DNA from: an uncultured Chloroflexia bacterium | GTDB lineage: Bacteria > Chloroflexota > Limnocylindria > Limnocylindrales > CSP1-4 | DNA: 64,000 nucleotides | Reading direction: 5' to 3' | Assembly: GCA_963722105.1 (NCBI GenBank) | Contig: CAVRKQ010000004.1 | Coordinates: 101,759 to 165,758 of the forward strand | Part shown: positions 19,291-28,600 of the stretch, in pieces | How positions within the stretch are numbered: position 1 is the first letter of the stretch | Layout: every line of letters begins with the position of its first letter | The notes under the pieces: generated by a model | What the model saw: only the letters and a program-made list of their open reading frames with translations | Database searches by the model: none | What the model was told of the DNA's origin: nothing | Translations under genes and position numbers: made by a program

Positions 19291-20961
19291 GTGCGAGAAT
19301 TCGAGATCCGTCTCATCGACAGCGCCACCAGCTTGGAGGAGCACGTGGAACTCGTCGGAGCCAAGATGATTCCCGTTCCAGTGGGCAATCCGTCGTTCGG
19401 CGGGAACGCCGCGGACGTCGAGCAGTTTCTCGCCGAGCTCCAGCGCCTGGACAGGCGTCGAGCCTTCGTCGTGTGGTCGGGTCGGACGGGGGTCGACTCG
19501 TACGCGTACGCGACCGCCCGGCAGCGCGCCGAAGCCGTCGCCATCGAGCAGCGAAACGCTGCCTGGATTGCCACGCGCGAGGCCGCCGAGTCGGTCGCCC
19601 GGGCCGCCCTCGACGACTCGGCGCTGTCGACCCAGGTCGTCTCGATCGTCAGCGAGATCGCCGGCATCGTCGCCGTCCGCGATCTCATCTCCGTCGAGGA
19701 TTTCGACCTGCTCCTGCTGCCCTGGACACGCCGCGGCGGGGAGCCTGCGACGAGGATCCACCACTGGCATTCAATGGCCGAGGCGACGGCCGAGGTCCGT
19801 CCGGCCGCGGAAGCGGAACGTGCGGGCGAGCAGCCCCAGGAGGAGACCACGGTGGCAGAGGACCTGAGGATCGTCGATGTGATTCGGCTCGATGCGGAGG
19901 AGACCGCCGCCGTCGCCGAAGCCGGACGGATCGCCGAGGAGGCGCGACGAGCGCAAATCGGCGAGCCGGCCAACACTCCCCCGCCGTCCGAGGAAGCGCG
20001 CCTCGAGGCTGCTCGGGCGACCGCCGCGGCAGAGGCCGAGCGCCTGGCGGCCGAGGACCGGCTGGCGGAGAACGCGCGCCTTGCGGACGCGGCGCGTCTC
20101 CAGGCGGAGCGGGCCGCGGCCACCGCGGAAGCGCAGCGAATCGCCGAGCGAGCTCGTCTCGGCGAGGAGGCGCGGCTGACGGAAGAATTGCGGCTCGCAG
20201 ACGAGGCTCGGGTACGGGCCGAGCGCGCGGCCACGGCGTCCCAGGCGGTGAACGACGCCGAGGACGCGATGTTGGCGCTGGTGGCCCGCCAGGCGCACGA
20301 GGCGCGGACCGCCGAAGCCTCTCGGCTCGCGGATCAGGGTCGTCTCATGGCGAGGGCTGCGCTGGCGGAAGAGGCCCGAAGGAAGGCGCAACGGTCCGTC
20401 GACCTCGCGGTATCGGAGCGATCGGCCGCCGAGGCTCGGCTCGCCGAGGCGATGCGCCTGGCCGAAGCGGCCCGGGCCGCCGAGGAACAGCACCGTGCAG
20501 ACTTCGCGCGGGCGACCGCCGAGGCTCGACGCGAGGAGGCGGCACGGGCGGACGCCGAGCGCGCCGCTTTCGCCGCCGCGGCCGTGCGGCTGACCGCGGA
20601 GGGTCGACTCGCCGAGCAGGCCGAGTCCGCCGAGCGCGCCCAGGCCGAGATGGAACGCACGGTCGCGGGGGCCGAGGAAGGCCGCCAAGCCGCGCGCGAA
20701 GCGGCGGATCGCCTGGGGGCGTTCCGTGCCGCCGAGGAGGACGCCCGCGCAGAGGCTGCTCGATTGGCCACGCTCGCCGCGGCTCGCACGAAGCCTTCCA
20801 CCCCTCCACGTGCGATGCGGCGGCCGCGCCCGGCAGCGGCATGGAAGATCGGCTCCCCCCGGTTCCGTCAGGCGGTCTCGGACTCGCGTCCCGCCGCGGT
20901 GGCGATCGTCGGGGTCGCTCTCGTCGCGGGCAGGGTCCTCTGGCGGATCGCGAGAGGCTGA
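19291..20961 (+). CDS. Tail-anchored repeat protein, paralogue of 51..1610. It has the same N-domain, then a ~350-aa charged helical array of A-R-L-x-E-E / AERAAAxAEAxR repeats, then a C-terminal TM.
   Basis: The N-domain aligns with ORF 51..1610. It has a long low-complexity coiled-coil-like segment and a C-terminal TM helix, AVAIVGVALVAGRVLWRIA. Confidence 0.65.
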   Translation: MREFEIRLIDSATSLEEHVELVGAKMIPVPVGNPSFGGNAADVEQFLAELQRLDRRRAFVVWSGRTGVDSYAYATARQRAEAVAIEQRNAAWIATREAAESVARAALDDSALSTQVVSIVSEIAGIVAVRDLISVEDFDLLLLPWTRRGGEPATRIHHWHSMAEATAEVRPAAEAERAGEQPQEETTVAEDLRIVDVIRLDAEETAAVAEAGRIAEEARRAQIGEPANTPPPSEEARLEAARATAAAEAERLAAEDRLAENARLADAARLQAERAAATAEAQRIAERARLGEEARLTEELRLADEARVRAERAATASQAVNDAEDAMLALVARQAHEARTAEASRLADQGRLMARAALAEEARRKAQRSVDLAVSERSAAEARLAEAMRLAEAARAAEEQHRADFARATAEARREEAARADAERAAFAAAAVRLTAEGRLAEQAESAERAQAEMERTVAGAEEGRQAAREAADRLGAFRAAEEDARAEAARLATLAAARTKPSTPPRAMRRPRPAAAWKIGSPRFRQAVSDSRPAAVAIVGVALVAGRVLWRIARG

Positions 20962-20975
20962 GCCCGCGCGATCGG

Positions 20976-21563
20976 CTAGCGCGGCTCGTACGTCAGGATC
21001 AGCACGCCGCCCTTGGTGGCCCGGGACTCCTTGAGCTTGAGGCTGGCCTCGGCGCCGTCGCGGAAGAGCTTCCTGCCCGTGCCGAGGACGATCGGGTAGA
21101 CCATCAGGCGGTACTCGTCGACGAGGTCGTTGGCGATCAGCGTCTGCACCAGCTCGCCGCTGCCGATGACCTGGATGTCCTTGCCCGGCGCCGCTCGAAG
21201 CTCGTTGACGGCCTTCGGGACGTCACCGGAGATGAGCGTCGAGTTCTGCCAGCTGAGCGGCTCGGTCAACGTCGTCGAGACGATGTACTTCCGGAACCGG
21301 TTCATGAACTTGCCGTGCGGCTCGTCGGGCGGCACGTTCGGCCAGAAGCCCGCGAAGATGTCGTACGTCCGCCGGCCGAGCAGCAGGCCGTCGGTGTGCT
21401 CGAACGAGTCGAGCACGACGCTGTCGTCGTTGTCCTCCCCGTCGTCGAGCTCGGTCGCCCAGCCGCCCTTGTCGAAGCTGCCGCTGGGATCCTCCTCGGG
21501 GCCGCCCGGGCCCTGGTACACGCCGTCGAGGGTGAGGAACTCGCTGACCACGATCTTCGCCAT
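20976..21563 (-). CDS. Dihydrofolate-reductase-like protein (RibD C-terminal domain / YwjB family).
   Basis: MAKIVVSEFLTLDGVYQGPGG...LLLGRRTYDIFAGFWP...IQVIGSGELVQTLIANDLVDEYRLMVYPIVLGTGRKLF. Confidence 0.8.
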   Translation of the reverse strand: MAKIVVSEFLTLDGVYQGPGGPEEDPSGSFDKGGWATELDDGEDNDDSVVLDSFEHTDGLLLGRRTYDIFAGFWPNVPPDEPHGKFMNRFRKYIVSTTLTEPLSWQNSTLISGDVPKAVNELRAAPGKDIQVIGSGELVQTLIANDLVDEYRLMVYPIVLGTGRKLFRDGAEASLKLKESRATKGGVLILTYEPR

Positions 21564-21572
21564 GGCGTCAGC

Positions 21573-22112
21573 CTACCCGGCAGGAACGTAGGTCAGCCTG
21601 ATCACGTCGTCGTCGATCGCTTCGTGCGCCACGAGGCGGAGCGGCGGCCGGGGTCCCGCGAAGAACGGCTTGCCCTGACCGAGGACGATCGGGTGCAGGT
21701 AGATCCGGTATTCGTCGATCAGGCCGAGCTCCGTGAGGCTGTGCGCCACGCGCGTGCCGGCGACCTCGATCTCGCCGTCGCGCTCGGCCTTCAGCGTGCG
21801 GATGAGACCTTCGAGATGGGCCGCGACCAGCGTGGCGTTCGGCCCGACTGACTGCAACGTGCGCGAGACGACCCATTTCGGCTGGTTCCGCCATGCCGCG
21901 GCGAACGCGCGCTCCTCGGAATCCCACTCGGGCTGGTCGTCGTCCCAGTACCGCATGATCTCGTACATCGTGCGGCCGTAGACGCTGCCCGCCGACCGCT
22001 CGGCGGCCTCGATGAAGTGGCGGAAGAGCTTCGGGCTCGGGTCGAACGCCGTGTGATCGACGTAGCCGTCCAGGGTCTGGTTCAGTCCGTACACGATCTT
22101 CGCCACGCCCAT
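21573..22112 (-). CDS. Second dihydrofolate-reductase-like (RibD_C) protein, tandem paralogue of 20976..21563.
   Basis: MGVAKIVYGLNQTLDGYVDH...IEVAGTRVAHSLTELGLIDEYRIYLHPIVLGQGKPFF. Confidence 0.8.
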   Translation of the reverse strand: MGVAKIVYGLNQTLDGYVDHTAFDPSPKLFRHFIEAAERSAGSVYGRTMYEIMRYWDDDQPEWDSEERAFAAAWRNQPKWVVSRTLQSVGPNATLVAAHLEGLIRTLKAERDGEIEVAGTRVAHSLTELGLIDEYRIYLHPIVLGQGKPFFAGPRPPLRLVAHEAIDDDVIRLTYVPAG

Positions 22113-22224
22113 CTCCTTCGCCGGCTACGCCAGGGTCACCTCGGGTTGAGACCGTAGCGCGCCAATGATTGCCTCGCCGCCCGCGTCTTCGATCATCTTC
22201 GGCATTAGCCGGCTCAATAGGCGT

Positions 22225-23245
22225 TCAGTTGCCGTCACTGACGCCCCAGGCAAGACCAAGGGCCTCGACACGAGCGATGAGCTCGACCGGGCTCGCCGTG
22301 GTGGCAAGGTCGCGCGCCAGGGCTATCGCGCGTTCCACGTTGATCCGCCCGCTCGGGTCGCCGATGTGGAACACGAGTTGGGCGACGCCCGCCATCTCGG
22401 CCGCAAGGATCTGGACCAGGGTCATCATCACGCGGTTGCCTCCGAACGCCCCGCCTCCCCAGAAGCCGGAGTGGATGGCGACAAGCGCATGTGGGCCGGC
22501 AGTTCGCCTCGACTCGAGGACCGCGGCGCGGAAACCCGAGTAAGCGGTGGCGAGTGCGAGATCGATCTGCTCCCGCTGATAGCGGCCGCGACCGCCGTAC
22601 GGGGCGGCGATCGCGAGGATGTTGGAGATCGTCGGCGGTTCGATCCGCGTCGTCGCCTCGCGAACGGCATCGGCGGTGGCTCTCGCGAATGCCATGCCGT
22701 AGAGCCAGCTCGGTCGGCCGCCGGCTGCCTCTGGGGCGGTCTGGAGGCTGAGGCGCCGCTCGGCTCCCAGGACGAGCACCGGCGTCGGACGACCGTTCGC
22801 GATGGTGGTGGCGGGTCGACCTTCCGCGACGATCGCTTCGCGGAGCGAACCGAGGCTCGGATGCTCTGCGACCTGGATCTCGTCCTGGGCGAACAGCACC
22901 GAGCCGTAGGCATCGAAGAGGTTTGGATCGGCGAAGTTGACGTGCCACTCGACGCCGACGCTCGGATCGAGGACCGGGCGGTAGTCGTACTAGCCGTCGC
23001 GAACCACCACGAGGCGGTCGAGGCCTACCGCGTCGAGCTCGAGCGGAACCGGCAGCAGGAGCCCCGGCCACCGGCTGTACTCGAGCTGGCCCGTATGGAT
23101 GGTGCCTGGGGGACACGCGATCGCGTACAGCCGCTGCTTGTTCTCGTTGCGGGAGCACCGCTGGGTGCTGTCGCACCAGCGCAGCCGCCTCGTACGTTCG
23201 CCGCTGAAGAGGCTCGGGGACGGCCGGATCCTGCGGCTCGGTCAT
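22225..23245 (-). pseudogene. Canonical (eukaryotic-type) poly(ADP-ribose) glycohydrolase-like macro-domain protein. It is disrupted by one frame change near 23180 and an in-frame TAG at 22990..22992. The catalytic Gly-rich/QEE loop is degenerate (QDE).
   Basis: C-terminal motif IHSGFWGGGAFGGNRVMMTLVQILAAEMAGVAQLVFHIGD matches PARG ...[38 protein letters not shown]. Upstream, VNFADPNLFDAYGSVLFAQDEIQV matches [24 protein letters not shown]. Lower GC than the flanks. Confidence 0.6.
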
Positions 23246-23289
23246 CTCCCCACCACTATCCGGCCGTCGACGGCCGGCCCCGCACCGTG

Positions 23290-24471
23290 TTAGGCCGCGT
23301 GGACGTTCCCGAGCCCGAATGGGGGAGGATCGAACCGCCGCAAGAGCGCGCCCACTTCCCCTCGTTCGATCTGGGGCCATGCGATGCTGTCGCCGAAGGC
23401 GGCGACCCCCATGCCCCGCGCCATACGGTCGGAACGGTCGGCGATCCTGATAATTTCATCGAAGACGTCAATGCCAAAAGGCTCCCGCCAGAACATTCCC
23501 ATATCGAGAGTGCGATCCAATTCGCTGAGGTGCGGAAGATGTGCGATCTGCCAGCGAACGGAAGCGACGGCCGCGGCGACCTCTGCCGCATCAATGCGCG
23601 ATGAGAATGCCGCTCGGAAGAAGGGCTTGCCGACGTCGCGTGAGGTGACGACCGCGACAAATTGCCCAGGCAGGGGCTCCACAGTCGCTGGGAACTCCCG
23701 CGACACGCTTCCGCGCTCGAGCCAGCCCATCTTCCGGGGAGCCGGAACGATCCACCGACACAACCTACCGGTTGCCTGTTCCGCTGCCCGTTTTCGATTG
23801 AGGTCATCCTCGTCGGCCTTTGCTCGCGTCCCGAGCCTGGTCATCGCCGCAACCCACGGGAAGAGGTCATCGGACCTCGTCGTGCGAGTCGGACCCGACG
23901 GTTCCCTGGCGAGCTCGCGGACCGCGCCACCAAGGGTCGTCTCCGATCGCAGGGCGGATGCAAACTTGGCTGCAAATCCGTCTCGGTATGCGTGACGCGA
24001 TTCGCGCGTCCCGCCTGCATACGCGTTTTGGCCTCGCCAGGGCCAGCTAGAGCCGAGCGCGTCCTCAGCAATCCCTGCGACGAAATCGGCCGATCCTGGG
24101 ATCTTCGAGAGGCCCCCTTCAGCGAGTGTGAGAGCGCCATAGAGAGCTGGGATGTGCGCTGCCAAGAGGACCGCAGCGACAGCTTGCGCCAGCTTCTCGC
24201 CGTCGGCTTCTCCCATCGCCTGGGCCGCAGCCGGGGATGGCAATTCTTTGCGTCGTTTCGCATCCGTTGCCATATGTACACCTCTGCTTTCGGACTGCGG
24301 TCTGGTCGCTGCCCGCATCCGCGCAACATCCGCGAGGGCCCGCTCTTTGCGACCTGCGATTTCGGCAGCCTCCTCCTCCGAATGCTCGGCCGGATCGTGG
24401 CTGTGGATCACACCGCTCTCGTGGCGATGGGAGTTCGCGATCTCGTCCAGGATGTCCCGTTTCTTGGTCAT
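23290..24471 (-). CDS. Uncharacterised 393-aa protein encoded immediately upstream of, and co-oriented with, the PARG-like gene. No recognisable domain.
   Basis: Long ORF in a lower-GC (A/T-containing codon) region where spurious ORFs are unlikely. Acidic N-terminus (HSEEEAAEIAGRKERALAD). Confidence 0.6.
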   Translation of the reverse strand: MTKKRDILDEIANSHRHESGVIHSHDPAEHSEEEAAEIAGRKERALADVARMRAATRPQSESRGVHMATDAKRRKELPSPAAAQAMGEADGEKLAQAVAAVLLAAHIPALYGALTLAEGGLSKIPGSADFVAGIAEDALGSSWPWRGQNAYAGGTRESRHAYRDGFAAKFASALRSETTLGGAVRELAREPSGPTRTTRSDDLFPWVAAMTRLGTRAKADEDDLNRKRAAEQATGRLCRWIVPAPRKMGWLERGSVSREFPATVEPLPGQFVAVVTSRDVGKPFFRAAFSSRIDAAEVAAAVASVRWQIAHLPHLSELDRTLDMGMFWREPFGIDVFDEIIRIADRSDRMARGMGVAAFGDSIAWPQIERGEVGALLRRFDPPPFGLGNVHAA

Positions 24472-24472
24472 C

Positions 24473-25433
24473 TCAAGTGTTCGAGCTCATGAGCTTGCGC
24501 ACCAACGGACTCGGTCCAACCTGGATCCCGTTGTGTGCGAGGGTCGCCTCAACCGCAGGCCGATCCGGTAGCACGAAAGTTCTTCCCGTGACCTGCTCGA
24601 CATAGCGCAGCTCTGCCTCGGCGGCCCGGGCGTGACCGCGATCGATACCGAGGCTCATGCAGTAGCAGGCCACGGCGAGTTCGTAGTTCGCATCCTCAAC
24701 CGCGAGGTAGCCCAAGTTCCGATAGCCGCGTGCGAGCGCGTCCACCGAATGAGCGACCTGCATGGCGTGAAGCGTCAATTCGCGCAGCTCCGACTTCCTG
24801 CCGGAAAGCTTCATGACCTCGCCCAGCTCAAACATGGCATAGGTACTTACCGGGTTGACGCGAAGCGCTTCTTTGAGCGACGCCTCAGCGCCATCCAGAT
24901 CTCGAAGCTCGATCAACACCGCGCCGAGGAGTGAGTAGAGCGTGGCGCGATCCTGAGGCAGCTTCCGCACGTGCCTTGTTGGCTGGTAGAGCTGTCCATA
25001 GATCGCCAGCTCGAAGGGGTTTGCGAAGTGGCGATATTCCGAGACGCTGTCGTCGACGTACAGGCCATTGCCAGTCCCGTATTGGCGGACCAGATTCTTC
25101 CAGCACGATCCGGGCCGTCGCGAAGTCGCCAGCGCCGATCTTCGCACGGGCTGCTGTCAGGCCTTGGTCAAATCCACGCTCGAAGCCGTCAGCAATCCCA
25201 TCGAACTTGACTCTCACGTCGGCCGGGGCGATCGCATGCAGCATGCGCCCAAGCTCGCGCAGGATCTCCTTGGCTTGGGGATGACCTCCGCACGATTGAG
25301 CGACCGACGTGATGAGGGCGCCGTCGTGCTTGAAGTCGCCGGTCAGACTGGCCGTGACTCCCGCGATGACCTCAGCGTAGGTTCGACCGGCAACGTCGGC
25401 CGGGCCGGCGCCGTTCACCATTGGATGCCTCAT
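24473..25433 (-). CDS. Uncharacterised helical/TPR-like protein, about 320 aa, with one frame change near 25090. First gene of the three-gene lower-GC island.
   Basis: Frame 24885..25526 (MRHPMVNGAGPADVAGRTYAEVIAGV...) joins frame 24473..25147 (...WKNLVRQYGTGNGLYVDDSVSEYRHFANPFELAIYGQLY...TPR-like LKEALRVNPVSTYAMFELGEV). Confidence 0.5.
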
Positions 25434-25479
25434 GCGTAGGCGCGACCGTGCGTCCACAACGAGGCCCGGAACAACCCCA

Positions 25480-26376
25480 CTAAGGTCCCACCGCAGCCGA
25501 CGGCAGCCCGGGATCCGGCACGGCATCGGGGTGCAGCAGGTGGCCGAGCTGGCGGACGCCGTCGGCGAGGCGCGGGCCGGGGCGGGAGTAGTAGGCGTCG
25601 CCGTCGACGACGAGCCAGCGGGCGTTCGGGGCGATGCGCTCGCGGTCGAGGTGGGCGGAGCGACGGACAGCCTCGTCGACGTCGAAGCCGCACGGCGCGA
25701 TGACGACGACCTCGGGATCGGCGGCCGCGACGTCGTCCCAGGTCGTCGGGTGCGACGGTCGACCGGGCTCGCCGAGGAGGGCCTCGCCGCCCGCGGCCTC
25801 GATCATCTCGGGCAGCCAGTGGCCGGGCACGAACGGCGGGTCGATCCACTCGGCGACGAAGACCCGCGGCCGGCGGGCGCCGGCGCGGATGGCGGCGTCG
25901 GTGCGGCGTCGGACGTCGTCGATCGTCGCGCGCATCTCGCCGGCGACTTCCCTGCCCCGCTCCGGGACGCCGAGCCGCGACGCGAGCGTCTCGATCGATG
26001 CGGCGACCTCCTCGAGCGTCGAGGGGTCGAGCGAGATCACGGTCGCGCCGACCGGGCAGGCCGACCCGAGCTCGCCCGAGCTGACGGCGCAGACCGTGCA
26101 CAGGTCCTGGGTGACGATGACGTCCGGTGCGAGGCGCTCGATGAGCGCCGCGTCGACCGCGTAGAGGAGCGGCCGTCCCTGATCGCCTCGCGGACCTGGC
26201 GGTCGATCTCGACGCTCTCGAGCTCCGCCGGGTCGATCCGCGCCGCCGTCACGACCGGCAGGTGCTGCGACCTCCGGCGGGTAGGTGCACTCGTTCGAGC
26301 GGCCGACGAGGGAGTCGGCGAGGCCGAGGCGGGCGATGATCTCGGTGGCGGACGGGAGGAGCGAGACGATGCGCAT
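25480..26376 (-). CDS. BtuF/TroA-like (class III) periplasmic-binding-protein homologue, cobalamin/siderophore-type. No signal peptide. Two frame changes around 26230-26150.
   Basis: MRIVSLLPSATEIIARLGLADSLVGRSNECTYPPEV... then ...TAARIDPAELESVEIDRQVREAIRDGR in frame 26037..26627, then PLLYAVDAALIERLAPDVIVTQDLCTVCAVSSGEL. Confidence 0.6.
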   Translation of the reverse strand: MRIVSLLPSATEIIARLGLADSLVGRSNECTYPPEVAAPAGRDGGADRPGGARERRDRPPGPRGDQGRPLLYAVDAALIERLAPDVIVTQDLCTVCAVSSGELGSACPVGATVISLDPSTLEEVAASIETLASRLGVPERGREVAGEMRATIDDVRRRTDAAIRAGARRPRVFVAEWIDPPFVPGHWLPEMIEAAGGEALLGEPGRPSHPTTWDDVAAADPEVVVIAPCGFDVDEAVRRSAHLDRERIAPNARWLVVDGDAYYSRPGPRLADGVRQLGHLLHPDAVPDPGLPSAAVGP

Positions 26377-26500
26377 CGGTCGAGCCTACGCGCCGCGGAT
26401 CCACTGCGGCCCGCCGCCTGCGGATCGGACGGCTTGGCTGCGCAAGACGCGCGACCTGCGGGGCGTATTCGTGAGCACCACGCCAATCCCCGGAGGTCCG

Positions 26501-27585
26501 ATGCGAGCTCTGTCGTTCCTGACCACAGCCGGCCTGCTCCTGATCGTCGCGTGCGGCGGCCCGACGGGCCCAACTGCGAGCTTCCCCGCAGCGACCACGT
26601 CCCCATCGGCCTCGGCGCCGGCCGCAAGACCCGAGGAAAGCCCAGGACCCCTCCCCACCGAGCTCGTCCTCGGCCAGACGTTCGGGCTCTTCTACGACCC
26701 GCAGATCGAGCGCGTGGTCCTCGTCAATGGCGCCCAGGAAACCGGCCCTGCCATGCCGACCGAGCTGTGGAGCTGGACAGGCACCGCCTGGGAGCTGCTC
26801 GATGCGGCCGGTCCAGAGGCACGCGGATTTGCGGTCGATCGGCCGGGATCCGGTCCGCAATGTCGTCGTCGTGCATGGCGGGATCTCGAGCTCCGGGACG
26901 GCGTTCGACGAGACGCTCGAGTGGGACGGCCGCGATTGGACCGTCCATGTCGCCGGCGACGCTGGGCCGGGTGCCCGCGAAGGGGCTGGTCTCGCCTACG
27001 AACCCGACACGGGACGGATGCTCCTCTTCGGCGGCGCGGTCGGGTTCGAGCAACGGGCCGACACGTGGGCGTGGGACGGCGAGACCTGGTCCCTCGTCAC
27101 GCAAACCGGCCCGAGACCCCGTTTCGTCAGTCTCATGACCGAGGATCGGGCCACCGGTGATGTTCTCCTCCAGGGTGGACACTGGGTCGCCGGCAACGAT
27201 GGCGACTTCCTGGCCGACACCTGGCGCTGGGACGGCGATACCTGGATCGAGATCACGGGCGGCGACGGGCCCGGAAAGCGCGTGAACGCGCCAGGAACGT
27301 GGGACGAGCGGCTCGGAGGGATCGTCATGTTCGGTGGCGGGGTCGGCGAGCGTGAGCCCAATGGCATCCGACACGTGGCTGTGGACGGACGGCTGGACGG
27401 AGCTCGCGTTGGCGACAGCGCCCACACCCAGAGGTGGGCACCAGGTTGCGTTCGATGCGAAGCGCCAGGTGCTCGTGCTCGTTGGCGGGATCGCGGAAGC
27501 GGGTGGTAGCCAGATGCTCGACGTCTGGGAGCTCGATGCGGACGGCTGGAACGAGGTGCTCCGTGCATCGTCGCCGTCAACCTGA
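26501..27585 (+). CDS. Kelch-repeat beta-propeller lipoprotein with two frame changes, near 26850 and 27340.
   Basis: Lipobox LLLIVAC. Repeated xTWxWDGxxWxxV modules (TWAWDGETWSLVTQTGPRPR, DTWRWDGDTWIEITGGDGPG, DTWLWTDGWTELA...PTPRGGHQVAF, DVWELDADGWNEV) spread over three frames. Confidence 0.6.
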
Positions 27586-27661
27586 GGGCGACGGCGAGTC
27601 TCCGTGGCGAATGGAAGCAACGACCGAGGTGCGACATCGGGAGCCAAAATTGTCATTGCCT

Positions 27662-28600
27662 TCAATCGGAGGGCTTGCCTTGGAACACGCTGGCGAGATG
27701 AAATCGCAGGTATTCCGGGTGCGGCCACAACGCCTGGGCTCTCGGCGGGATAAGCGGAAGGTTCTCGACGAGCCCAAGCGTCACCCCGCGGCCAGGAGCC
27801 GCAGTCATCGATGTTTCGAGGTTTGGCGACCGGCGAAGGCGGGGCGTGCCGTCTACGTATTCAAAACCAATGAGCCCGCTGTCAAACAGTCTGTGCACTG
27901 TTGGGGTCATAGGCAGACCATTCATGACCAAGTCCGGCCCGCCGGCCAGAACCGGGCGGATGTGCGCGGCGTCCAGCAGGCGCTTGGACTTGATCGTGCG
28001 ATTGCCCCGATGCCGAGGCCGGTAATTGCGCAGCGGTAGTTGTAGGCATCGAGGACATCGCGACGGAAACTCGCTGCGCGTACGAACGACTCGACCAGCG
28101 CCTCAGACCTCTCGCGGGCGACCACCTTCGCATCGGCGGCGTGATCGAGCTGTGGATACTCGGTCACCATTGGAAGCTGCGCATTAGCAAGAGTAAGAAG
28201 GATCGTCGCCAGATCTGAAATCCGTGAGCGGGCGGACCGCACGGCCGACTGTTGCGACATTCCGTGCTCGTCCGCGATCCAGCGACTGCAGCCACGACTC
28301 CACTGGTTGACCAGCGCATTCTCGAGGCACCGGTGTGTCGAATGGCTCTGCCGATCGCCGGTAGTTCACGCGCCAGAGTGACGCACCGGCCTTGCTCTTG
28401 CGAGCCGAGATCTCGGGTTCGCCAACGATTTCCGCAAGCGCCACGTACGCCATGCGACCGCGGCCGGTGTTACCTCGAGGCTCGTAAATGACCGCATAGA
28501 GCGGCTTCTCGCCGTTTGTGCGCTCGAAAAAGCGCAGATACCTCGCCGGAAATTCGTAGGACGACGGGCTGTCGTCATATTCAGAACCGATCTCTGATTT
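27662..28600 (-). pseudogene. HNH-family restriction-type endonuclease remnant with at least 2 frame changes and no in-frame start. It lies in a short lower-GC patch.
   Basis: ...YEFPARYLRFFERTNGEKPLYAVIYEPRGNTGRGRMAYVALAEIVGEPEISARKSKAGASLWRVNYR... | ...DVLDAYNYRCAITGLGI | KSKRLLDAAHIRPVLAGGPDLVMNGLPMTPTVHRLFDSGLIGF (HNH motif). The parts lie in three different frames. Confidence 0.55.

Noticed and set aside
22225-22899. Initial reading of GGGAFGG in ORF 22225..22899 as the bacterial DUF2263-type PARG GGG-X6-8-QEE signature or a MacroD motif.
   Set aside because: Alignment fits the distal canonical-PARG motif ([10 protein letters not shown]...QILAA...GD) much better. The catalytic loop lies upstream, beyond the in-frame TAG, so the canonical PARG type was adopted and not DUF2263.
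23290-24471. Attempt to assign the 393-aa island protein to PARP (H-G-S...Y...E) or R-S-E ADP-ribosyltransferase signatures.
   Set aside because: No convincing HGS or R/STS/E motif arrangement was visible by eye. Left as unknown pending profile or structure searches.
27662-28600. HNH endonuclease as part of an intact restriction-modification system.
   Set aside because: There is no adjacent methyltransferase or specificity gene. The gene itself is split over three frames with no start, so I call it a relic.
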